Shown: positions 8,165 through 18,600 of the stretch, piece by piece
Position numbering within the stretch: position 1 is the first letter of the stretch
Layout of the letters: every line of letters starts with the position of its first letter
Assembly: GCA_046757025.1 (NCBI GenBank)
Contig: JBHHXN010000068.1
Coordinates: 1-24,683 of the forward strand
Origin: a bacterium
GTDB lineage: Bacteria > Zhuqueibacterota > Zhuqueibacteria > Oceanimicrobiales > Oceanimicrobiaceae
DNA: 24,683 bases
Direction of reading: 5' to 3'
Notes under the pieces: generated by a model
Told to the model about the DNA's origin: nothing
What the model saw: only the letters and a program-made list of their open reading frames with translations
Databases searched by the model: none
Position numbers and translations under genes: made by a program

Positions 8165-11100
8165 ATGTTCAGTTTATATTACATCTTCTTGGTGCAGTCA
8201 GACCTGGCGTGCAAGCTTCATCTCAATTCATTTGGAGTGAAACTGTTTCACTTAGCTGCCGCTCTACTGATCTTCGCCACAATCATCACGGGTGCGGTGG
8301 TCGAAGTCGCACACGCACAGGTTGCGGCCAACGATCTTACTGGTGGCGTTTACCTGGCCAATAAAGGCCAGATAGCACGTTCGAGAAACTTCTACGGCAA
8401 CAACCCTCATTGGGAGGACATTAAAGGGGAGCTTCCGATTCCATTTGGCGATCGAGGCGGGTTAACCGAGTTCATTCTAGATCCTTTTAATCCACTCAAT
8501 CGGGCGTGGGTCTCATTGGGGAGTGCGGACTCCTGGCACGGTGGCGCAGTTTGGCGCACGGACAATTTGGATGACGACGAACCCACCTGGACGGAAGTGC
8601 TTAGCGAGGATGAGATGCTCGTTGCGTTAGGTAATCCTGGCGCCTGGATCCAGAGAATTCAAGCCAGCTCTTTACAACCTGGCTTGATTTTCATCGCCGT
8701 TCCCGCAAGCAAAGCTGGCTTTGAAACTAATTTTTTTGTGGGGAGGTCAGAAGACTACGGGGAAACCTGGTCCTGGTCCGACAATTTGGGCCCGGGAAGA
8801 GACAGAGCGGTGGGATTTGAGCTCTCTGACCATGACGTCAATCGGTTGTGGGTTGGGGTAGGGGCGCCAGGCGGTAAATCAAGGATTCTTGTTTCAAATG
8901 ATGGCGGCCAGACATTTTCTGCACTTCATGAATTCGATACGTTTTGGAATCCTTACGATATCTACGTGCCGGCTGAAGGCAACCCCGACGATCAGCTTAT
9001 TTTCGCTGTTGTTGACGCTGGCGGGTTGAATCGTTCCACCGATGGCGGCCATAACTGGGAGGCAACCACACTCGAGGGTGCACCGCCTGCACCTCTGAAC
9101 AGGGTGGTTGGCGGTTACCGAAGTGAGAGCGGGCAACTGTTCTATGTCCGCGCAGCTTGTGGCGGACCCTGGGCGTTTGTCCACTCCACCGATGGTGGCT
9201 CAACCTGGGAAAGCCGCTTCACAAGCCCGGAGTGGATGAGTGCGGTCTGGGCAGATCCACAGACCGGATACCTTATCACGGCGCAGTCAGATCGCACGAC
9301 TTCTGGGGCGGCCAACCCGGTGGCGTGGCTTTCACAAGATGGCGGCTACACCTGGCAGGACAAAACCGGGGATTGGTATTCGGTGATGGGATCGCCGTAC
9401 TACGGAGCACCGGGGACTTGCGGCGGCACCGCTTCGGTGACAATCGTGGATGCCACTGCATCGGTTCGGTCAACTGTTTCGGTGGGATCGGATGACGCTG
9501 GCCACGATGCGGCGAATTGCTCTTTCTCAATCAGTCATAACGAGATCTATTTTGGACAATGCGACAACGGCGATGAGATAGTCAGTGGCTTTCGGTTTCA
9601 GAATATTCCAATTTCAGCTCCGGAAGAAATCGAGAGGGCTTACATAGAATTCACCGTCGATGGACTTTACAGCAATGATCTCCACGTCGCATTCCGCGGT
9701 GAAAAGGTGGATAGCTCATACACCTTTCGTGACGCCAGTAAGCCTTCCGACCGGCAACCCCTGACCGGGCACACGGTAGAATGGGTTCTACACCCTTCCG
9801 ATGTCTGGAGTTTTGGTGAGAAAAGGAACAGTCCGGACTTAACGCCTATTATTAGAGAGATTGTGGATCGTCCGGGTTGGAAAAGAGGCAATGCCATCAG
9901 TATTATCGTCAAAAATGTTGCATCAAATGGAAATCACCGCAGGGTCTATGCTTTTGAGCGAGAAGGAAACAGTGCGCACGCGGCTCGGCTTGTGCTGAGA
10001 TATGCGAGCGTGAAAGACAGCACTTATACGATATCCGGCAAGGTGGTGTCTGCAGACAATACCTCCATCCCCATATCCGGGGTAGAGGTGAGTGATAATG
10101 CCGGACATGCCGACACGACAAACAGCAATGGTGAGTATACTCTCACAGGACTAGCGGAGGGTACGTATACGATAACACCCACAAAAGAAGGCCTTGCATT
10201 TACACCGCCCAGCTATACGGTCACTGTGCCACCCAACGCCGCCGGTCTGGATTTCTTCGCTGAGAGCCCTAGTGGTCACCAGAAGTTTCCAAAACCATCT
10301 ATCATTTCCCGAACCGATTGGGGTTGTCCTGACGGACAACAGTCACGTAGGGCTCCGGTGTACAAACTCGTCACACATTTGATTGTCCACGAAACGACTG
10401 TAAACAGGTGGCTTGAGGGGGCTATCCGTGATAACAATTACTCACGAACGGTTTTCAATCTTTGGTGCCAGGGTACATTCTTCACTGGTGAAGAAGAATC
10501 GCCGTGTTTGGAAGGCAGCGGTACTGGCGACCCGGCAGAAGTATTTGGAGATATTGCATACAATTATGTAATCGATCCAAATGGCAACATTTATGAGGGT
10601 CGTGCAGGGGGAGATGATGTCGTAGGCGCGCACTTCAGTGGGGAAAATTGGTACACTATGGGCGTGGCATTGATTGGAGAATTTGGTGAACCTGATAATG
10701 TGACCGGATGCAAACCCTTGAGGGATGATCGGGATCATTTAGTTGAACCCACACCAAGGGCACGCACAAAGCTCATACAGCTCCTTGCCTGGAAATGTGA
10801 TCAACGCGAGCTTGATCCAATGATCAAGACGAGACACGAGGACTCTGCTAAAGAGTTATACACCATATCAGGACATCGTGACATTGGTGACCCGAACAGA
10901 GTATGCGATCCCGGAGAAAACCTGAATCTTAACGAAGTAAGATTGGACGTGCGTGACTATCTAGCACGGTTTAGGAATCTTCCTTTCACCGACGTGGATG
11001 CCGGAACAAGAGCTTTAATTGAGGAAGTATATTTCACAGGTTTGATGCCAGCCCTCACCAATTCCCCCCTGACTTTCGGTCCCGGAAAAGAAATTAAGAG

Positions 11101-11920
11101 AGGCGAGGCTGCGAAATTGCTGTTGCAAGCGATTTATGGGACAGACTATTCTCCTCCCCTGTTGCCCGAGCACATTTTCAGCGATATGATCAACCATCGA
11201 TTTGAGACTTGGGCAGAGGAGTTATATCGTAGAGGTTTTACTTCAAGTTGCGGCTCCAATCCGCTTCGTTTCTGTCCGGATGAACCGTTGAGCCGTGCAC
11301 AAATAGCTGAGATTATGGTACGTGCGATTTATGGGACAGGTTTCGACCCCCCTGACCCGACTGAGCAACTCTTCGATGATGTGCCTGTTTCAGAGTGGTA
11401 TGCAAGGTGGGTTAATTTGCTGAAAAAGGACGGATATCTGCAAGGTTGTGACCACGATGGGTCTCATTTCTGTCCAAATGCACCTGCCACGCGAGCTCAG
11501 ATGGCTGAGTTTATCCGGACAATTCACTATCATGCGAAATACTGTTTCTGTAAAGTAAATGACATTCTTTATCCGCCTTCTCCAAAATGTGATTTCTGTG
11601 AAGGTGGCCCTACTTCGGTTGCAGGGAATTACAACATTCCATCCCGATTCGCCTTGCATCAAAGTTATCCGAATCCATTTAACCCAACGACAGCCATCGA
11701 GTATGATTTACCCCAAACAGTCCACGTTCAATTGCGAATCTATAACATTCTAGGCCAACATGTCAAGACTCTAATCGATAAACAGCAGCAAGGAGGATTT
11801 CACGCAGTGTCGTGGAATGGCAAAAATGAAAATGGCTCAGATGTAGCCGCTGGCCTTTATGTTTACAGAGTCATAGCTGGACACTTTATCCAGACGAGGA
11901 AAATGTTACTTTTAAAATAG
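8165..11920 (+). CDS. Secreted multidomain protein: BNR/Asp-box beta-propeller, beta-sandwich, carboxypeptidase-regulatory-like domain, PGRP/Amidase_2 N-acetylmuramoyl-L-alanine amidase, 3x SLH, C-terminal sorting domain
   Basis: SD AGGAGG; signal region ending AHA-Q; Asp-boxes (SEDYGETW, SNDGGQTF, STDGGHNW, STDGGSTW, SQDGGYTW); TTNSNGEYTLTGLAEGTYTITP; amidase motifs IISRTDWG, LIVHET, GDIAYNYVIDPNGNIYEGRAG, GAH, GHRD, CDPG; SLH x3 at ~10980-11525; QSYPNPFNP...RKMLLLK. Confidence 0.93.
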   Translation: MFSLYYIFLVQSDLACKLHLNSFGVKLFHLAAALLIFATIITGAVVEVAHAQVAANDLTGGVYLANKGQIARSRNFYGNNPHWEDIKGELPIPFGDRGGLTEFILDPFNPLNRAWVSLGSADSWHGGAVWRTDNLDDDEPTWTEVLSEDEMLVALGNPGAWIQRIQASSLQPGLIFIAVPASKAGFETNFFVGRSEDYGETWSWSDNLGPGRDRAVGFELSDHDVNRLWVGVGAPGGKSRILVSNDGGQTFSALHEFDTFWNPYDIYVPAEGNPDDQLIFAVVDAGGLNRSTDGGHNWEATTLEGAPPAPLNRVVGGYRSESGQLFYVRAACGGPWAFVHSTDGGSTWESRFTSPEWMSAVWADPQTGYLITAQSDRTTSGAANPVAWLSQDGGYTWQDKTGDWYSVMGSPYYGAPGTCGGTASVTIVDATASVRSTVSVGSDDAGHDAANCSFSISHNEIYFGQCDNGDEIVSGFRFQNIPISAPEEIERAYIEFTVDGLYSNDLHVAFRGEKVDSSYTFRDASKPSDRQPLTGHTVEWVLHPSDVWSFGEKRNSPDLTPIIREIVDRPGWKRGNAISIIVKNVASNGNHRRVYAFEREGNSAHAARLVLRYASVKDSTYTISGKVVSADNTSIPISGVEVSDNAGHADTTNSNGEYTLTGLAEGTYTITPTKEGLAFTPPSYTVTVPPNAAGLDFFAESPSGHQKFPKPSIISRTDWGCPDGQQSRRAPVYKLVTHLIVHETTVNRWLEGAIRDNNYSRTVFNLWCQGTFFTGEEESPCLEGSGTGDPAEVFGDIAYNYVIDPNGNIYEGRAGGDDVVGAHFSGENWYTMGVALIGEFGEPDNVTGCKPLRDDRDHLVEPTPRARTKLIQLLAWKCDQRELDPMIKTRHEDSAKELYTISGHRDIGDPNRVCDPGENLNLNEVRLDVRDYLARFRNLPFTDVDAGTRALIEEVYFTGLMPALTNSPLTFGPGKEIKRGEAAKLLLQAIYGTDYSPPLLPEHIFSDMINHRFETWAEELYRRGFTSSCGSNPLRFCPDEPLSRAQIAEIMVRAIYGTGFDPPDPTEQLFDDVPVSEWYARWVNLLKKDGYLQGCDHDGSHFCPNAPATRAQMAEFIRTIHYHAKYCFCKVNDILYPPSPKCDFCEGGPTSVAGNYNIPSRFALHQSYPNPFNPTTAIEYDLPQTVHVQLRIYNILGQHVKTLIDKQQQGGFHAVSWNGKNENGSDVAAGLYVYRVIAGHFIQTRKMLLLK

Positions 11921-12536
11921 TGCCATATGACCATTGAGTAGATTCTGAGTTTGTTATAGATAAAATTAAAAGAGTATCATTCAATTTGAGTGGGCGTATG
12001 AGTTTGAGAGTTGTAATTGTTATCGCGATTGCCGCTCTGGTCACAGGGTGTGCGCCTATTCGCAGTTTGAAGAATCAGACATGTGAAGAGCTCTATGCTA
12101 AATTAAATGCTGCCGCAAAGAAATATACCGGGCAAATTAGATTGCTTGATGGGGTCAAATTAGTGGATATGAAATTCGCGTTACGAGCGACTCTACTTAC
12201 TGGCAGGGAGTGGAAAGCTCAAGTCAGGGTGTCATTCCAACCGTCGAAATTACGGAAATCAAGTTTAAGAATTCCGGGCGCTGAGTCATCGATGGCCTGG
12301 GGTTAGGCCTGATTGGAAGGGTAGTTACTAGCTTTGTCGTTGGCATGGCCGTGGTCGGAGACGAGGTTGGCAGTAAAGACGAGGCGGCAGTTAAGGTCAC
12401 AGGTGAGCTGACCAGCGTTTTGGTGGCGCCCTATTTCGGAGGCGCAGGTGCGGTTGTTGGGATGATATTGTGGGGTGCGATCGGAAGTAAAGATAAATTT
12501 CTACTAAATGAAACAGCTTTTCAGTCTGAGAAATAG
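11898..12536 (+). repeat. Copy 2 of the ~630-bp diverged direct repeat
   Basis: Manual alignment with 7452-8083. Confidence 0.9.
11998..12536 (+). pseudogene. Disrupted paralog of the 7547-8083 lipoprotein
   Basis: Collinear with copy 1 once one base is restored in the A-run at 12157-12159. In the restored frame a TGA at 12282-12284 replaces GGA (KNSGR*VIDG vs KNSGRGIVDG). The ORF track shows it as two pieces (11986-12306, 12345-12536). Confidence 0.88.
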
Positions 12537-12621
12537 CAGACAAATTTTTGCAGTAGCGGGTTGGAGGATTGTGTGATTGGGTATCTTTCATTATGTTCTT
12601 TTGTGGAAGGAAGGTATGATC

Positions 12622-15600
12622 ATGTCTTTAGTTAAAATTGTTAAGACTGTAGCCCATCTTGCGGAAAGACAAATAAAATTGAAAGCCAGTCATTATTTGA
12701 AAAAGAAGTGCCTGGTATTCGTGCTACCTTGTTTGTTTGCTTTCCTTTTTGGTTTCTCAGAGAATGTTGAGATACATGCAGCACAGGGGAATGCTTCCAT
12801 AATGTTCATTGAGAATGTCGGACAGTTCGATCCACAGGTGCGATTTAAAGTCCAAGGAGAAAATGGAACAATTTTTCTCACTGACGATGCCATTTGGATT
12901 TCCTTGCTGCAGCCAACAGCTGCCGAAGAAGAAAAATCTCAATTAGAAGTCCATCATCTTTTTGAAAATACTGATTCCGAGGATTTCTTTGGAGGAATAA
13001 ACCTACGTGTGAGTTTTGTTGCAGACAATTCCAATACAAAAATGGAGGGAATTGCACAACAGACTACGAGTGTGTCGTACTTTAAAGGCAACGATCCAAC
13101 TAACTGGCACACAAACGTACCGGTATGGGGTGGCGTTCGGTACATTGACATTTATCCTGGTGTAAATTTGGAAATCACTGGTGAATACGGTCGGTGGACC
13201 TGGCGAATGGTGAGTTCAGATCCGAATACGTTGTTAAATGTACGTTTACAAGTAGAGGGGGCTAAAGTCTTGGGTCTTGAAGAAGACCATCTTACCCTGA
13301 TGACTTCCTATCGCAATTTTAATCTACCACTCATTCAAACAGCTTCTTCCATTACTAAGTCAATTTCCTTAATCGGAAATGAAGTGAGTGCACCCTTTAT
13401 CGTTTCATCCAGTCAACGAAATGATCTAAATGAATCGCTTGTAGACAACCAGCTAAATTTGGTTTACTCAACTTTTCTTGGAGGAAGTTCGTCCGATTAT
13501 GGTCAGGCCATCGCCGTTGATAATTCTGGTGCAGCTTATCTTGTTGCGAGAACTTATTCATCCAATTTTCCAACTACTGTAGGTGCTTTTAAACCGGGTT
13601 TTCTGGGTGGAGTTTATGATGTAGTTGTATCTAAATTAAGTCCCAACGGTGACGCACTCATTTATTCCACTTTCCTGGGTGGAAGTGACTTTGACTACCT
13701 CGGCGACATTGAAGTGGACGATTCAGGCTCTGCTTATGTGGGTGGTTGGACCTGGTCTGGTAACTTTCCTACTACTTCCGGTGCGTTCGATACTCATCAC
13801 GATGGCGTTGAACCTTATGTCACAAAGTTGAGTCCAGATGGTGGCAGTCTGATTTACTCCACATTTTTAGGAGGTGATGCTTCGGGTATTCTTGAAGGTA
13901 TTGCTGTTGATGACAATGGAAGCGCTTATGTGACTGGTCTCACTTTTTCAGCCAATTTTCCAATTACCACTGGCGCCTTTCAAACAGTCCTTGCCGGTGG
14001 GGCAGAAGCATTTGTCGCCAAGCTCAAGGCCGATGGCAGCGATTTGGTCTATTGCACATTTCTTGGTGGCAGCGGAGATGAATTGGGAACCTACGGAGGA
14101 AATATCGCAGTCGACAATCAAGGAGCGGCACACGTGGCTGCTACGACTCGCTCTCAGGACTTTCCCACAACCTCAGGGGCTTTCCAGCCAGCTTTCGCAA
14201 ACGGAGAAATGGGTTATATCTCCAAGGTCAATGCGACTGGCAGTGATTTGATATACTCAACCTATCTTGGTGGCGCTAATGGCCACGATGAAATCTATGG
14301 ACTCGATGTGGATAATAATGGAGCTGTTTATGTAGTTGGAAGAACCAGTGAAATAAGAAGAGGGGATCCCATCGGTTTTCCAATTACTGACGGCGCTTTC
14401 GACCAGAGCTTTAATGGAAGAGTAGATGCATTTGTGACCAAACTGAATCCAGGCGGCAGTGGTCTAGTTTATTCCACATTCTTAGGTGGGAATCATATTG
14501 AACAAGCCTACGGAATAACTGTGCTCGAAAACGGAAAGGTGTTTGTCACAGGAGGTACGTCGTCACCTGATTTTCCCGTGTCTACTGATGCGTTCGATTC
14601 TGAGCATAACGGTAGTTCAGATGTTTTCGTGGCGAGTCTAAGTGCTGACGGTGGTAATTTGGAGTACTCCAGTTATCTTGGTGGCAGCAGTCTTGAAAGA
14701 GGCTTTGATATTGTCAATGATGAGGACGGGTCATTGTTTATAACCGGGGATTCTCATTCTTCAGATTTTCCAGTCACTTCTGACGCATTCGATGATAGTC
14801 ACAACGGTTCTGCCGATGCTTTTGTGACAAAACTTGGATTTGGAATAACAGAGCCAACAACGCAGGCGCCTTGGCCTATGTACCAGCACGATGCCCAGCA
14901 TACCGGTAGAAGTCTTTTCAAGGGACCTGACCAGCCAGAAATTAAATGGACATTTGATACTGGTACGGAGCGATGGTTAATCTCGTCTGTGGTCGGCGCA
15001 GATGGGACTATTCATATCACTTCTTATGACAATTATCTCTACGCTATCAACCCTGATGGCACGCTGAAATGGAAATTTCTTGCTGGATCCAGCAATGATT
15101 CTTCTCCCGCAATTGGCGCTGATGGCACTATTTACATTGGTTCTTCGAGCTACTACGACAAAAAATTCTACGCGCTAAATCCGGATGGCTCCGTAATATG
15201 GATTTATATTCCTGATTTGGGAATTACTCATCCACCTGCAATTGGAACAGATGGAACAATTTACTTGACCACTTCCGTAAGTCTTCACGCAATCAATCCC
15301 GATGGTAGCGGCAAATGGGTTTCGACTCTTGGAACGGGTGGCAGTGACCTTATTACGACTCCCCCTACAATTGGATTGGATGGGACGATTTACGTTGGGA
15401 AGCAAGACAAAGATTTGTATGCAATTAATCCTGACGGCACAGAGAAATGGCAATTTACCATCGATTCTGAATATCACGGTTTTAAATCGCCTCAGGCCAT
15501 TGGTGCAGATGGAACGGTGTATGCGGGCTCGGATTATGGCCGACTTTATGCAATTACTCCAACAGGTAACCTTAAATGGGAATTTTCGACAGTTGCACAT

Positions 15601-18600
15601 TCCGGCATCTTTACCTCGCCAGCTATTGGATTGGACAGAGCAATTTATTTAGGTCATTATAATGGTCGAATTTATGCTATAAATCCAGATGGCTCCCTAA
15701 AATGGGAATTTTATAGTGGAGATTATCAAGATCGTTTTTCGACTGTTGCAATCGACAGAGAGGGCGTGCTTTATGTGCTTTCAGAAAAAGACAATTCACT
15801 CTATGCTTTGAGAAATAATCAAACTATTAAGTGGAAAATTCAGATTGACAGCCCACTCTCTGTGGGAACCATTGGCAGACATTCGCCGGTTATCGGTTAC
15901 AACGAGACTATTTATTTGGGATCAACAGATGGCAAATTGTATGCAGTCGGGCGAAAATCACAACTTCCAAAGCTGGCAATACCGTATGTCGTGCCCATTG
16001 CACTTCAAATAAAGGATTGGGGAGAATCGGTGACGTACACGATCACTGTGAGAGATGATAATAATAGTCCTGTCAGTGGAGCGCGTATTTTCGTTATCGA
16101 CCAGTTACAATCATTGGAAGATTGGCTGCCATCCACCACAGATGAAAACGGTCAAATAACCTACACAACAACTGTGCCTGAAGGCATAGCCAATGATACT
16201 TACTACGTGACATTTGATGCCGTCAAAACTGACTATCAAGATAGCCAAAGGGCGCCACGAAGGATTCATGTGAATCATCGAATTGATTATGCTACTTTAA
16301 AAGGTACTGTAGTGGAGGAGGGATCTAACAAACCCATAGAAGACGCCTTTGTTAGGATCAACCCGCTGGTGATAGGCGGGCACACAAAAACCGACCAGCA
16401 GGGTCGCTGGGAATTGCAAATTCCGGGTGGTAGAGGCTATGAGTTACGTATTATAGCAGATGGTTATAAGTCAGTTGAGGAAACCGGTCTTAAGCTTTAC
16501 AATGGTACAACCACCACTTTGATCCATCGACTGATACCTGAACTGCCCGAGTATGACGATTATCGGATTGTGCCGGTGGCGAGCGCACCGAATCCCGACG
16601 TGTTGGAAATCCCTGAAGGTGGGATAGGTTATGCCTGGTTTGTTTTGGAAGGACGTAATGTTCATAACCAATGGCTACCAGTTTCAAATACTCTGGTAGA
16701 AGCTAGAGATGCGCAAGGTTACATCATTGAAAGTCGATCAAACTGGCTTAATTATCCATTCCTGTCTGATCCCTTTAACATCCAACAATCGGGTGTGTTT
16801 CCAATTAAAATTCCTGCTGATATGATTATGAATGGCAAGTCTGGCTCCGAAGAAACCATTACAGTTTATAATGCCAATGGACAGAACTTATCCGCTGGAA
16901 GTCAAGCCAGTATTTTAGCGAGAGTGGTACCTTATAAATATACTGCAAGCTGGGGATATCGAATTTATGGAAAACTCGGTCTCGGGGTGACAGGTGGAAT
17001 TATAACGGCAACAGCCTTTGCGGGTGGAGGTTCCGGGGCTACCATTGAAATTGATTTTACAGGTTTAAATCCAAATCCGGCCTGGTCTAAATTAAAAATT
17101 CTCAGAAGAGACGATATATTCATCGGCGCAGAGATCGAGTTAGGACCACCAGATCTAATCGAGGCATCCTTTGCCCCGGGATTAGACGCGAGTGCTGAAG
17201 GTGTTTGGACCTTTCCATATCAGAGAGAATACACATTTGATCTGGCCAATTTACAAGGTTTAGAAGCTGTGATAGCTTTTTATTTGTTTTATGCGCCGAC
17301 CATAACCTATGCCTCAGCTGTAGGGCCTGCTGGTGGGCAAATTGCGGTTGCGTTTCTGTCGTGGCTGGTAGAGGATATTATCACGAATTCCAGTCCCGAA
17401 GCCTTGGCGATTGTCAGAACCGCCGATGAAGTTGGTTTAGATATCGGTGCAAATGTGAGTGTTGGTGTTCAGTTGGGAATAGATTTTTCAAATGATCTCG
17501 AACTTAGTATGTCTGCAAGTTTTGGTGATGCACATTTTGGTGGTAGTCTAAAAAAAAGCGTGGATAACCAGAGACAAGTGCGTTTATATAATTTTGGGAG
17601 TCTTGATTTGCAGAGTATGGTCGGGCCTCAAATGCTGTTCGAATCAGGAATTGAATCAAAGTATTTTTACCCATGGCGCATGCGTCATAATTTAAGACCT
17701 CAGCGATTTGGTGTCGGTTTCGAACTGCTGGTGAATTGGCGACAAAGTGACTGGTACCGTGTAAGATTTTCATCGTCGTTAGAGAGTAATTGGACACCGT
17801 TTAATTTATTCAATCTGCCTGGTGAAAAGCAACAGTATAAACATTACCTGCAGATCGATGATGAAACCGTTAGAAATAAATTGTTCAATGTCGCAAAAAT
17901 TCCATCACAAGCTTGGAATATTGGCAAAACCGGCGTTTCAGTTTTTTTGGATAATGCAGATTGGAAAGAAGATTTGCTTCATTTTTTGACAGCAATTTAT
18001 AATGATCAAAATGCCAGGCTGCCGGTAAAAGTAGGCTATGGCCTGGACGTGACTGATAAAACGGATTTTGGCCTCGACATTGATTTGGAATTTCCATTAC
18101 CTGTAGCACCGCCACTGGTAATCAAAGTTGGAGGTGGAATTGAAGCAGCGATTACACGTGAATATCATCTCGGTGAGGGGTTTTGGTCATTGGGAGTTCC
18201 CTATTTTCAGACTGTCATGCCCAGTCCTCCGAACAACCAGACTGGCTTCCTGCAGGTTATGCATGCTTTGTGGAACCAGGTAATTTCCGGAAATGTATGG
18301 GAGGAATTGAAAAATGTGATTGTATCCTACCTGAAAGATACTGAACTAAATAACTCAACGGGTATTTCTCTGCAAATAGCTTCTTCTCAGAAAGTGGTGT
18401 TGAATAAAAGAGGTTCTTCGATTGTATTACGCAGTGGTTCCATTCCCTCTGGTCTGGATTCAACATATTGTCGCTATTATGAATGGGCCGCTAAACCGAC
18501 AAATCCCACTCTTACAACAAAACAGCGAATGGCTATTCAAAAGTATAACCATAGACTTCGCCAATTACGGGAAAAAGTAGTCGGTTTGCACTATGGCATT

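Noticed and set aside
12282..12284. TGA aligned to Gly, suggesting genetic code 25 or selenocysteine
   Set aside because: TGA terminates genes at their expected C-termini here (19771-19773, 21587-21589), the aligned residue is Gly rather than Cys, and the gene also has a frameshift.
13450..15950. Repetitive DNA that might be a CRISPR array or tandem repeat
   Set aside because: The repeats are degenerate, in-frame protein propeller repeats (SBBP, PQQ-like), with no identical repeat-spacer structure.
14870..15950. PQQ-dependent dehydrogenase or BamB call
   Set aside because: Only the generic propeller repeat is present inside a giant secreted protein; no dehydrogenase catalytic features or BamB lipoprotein context.
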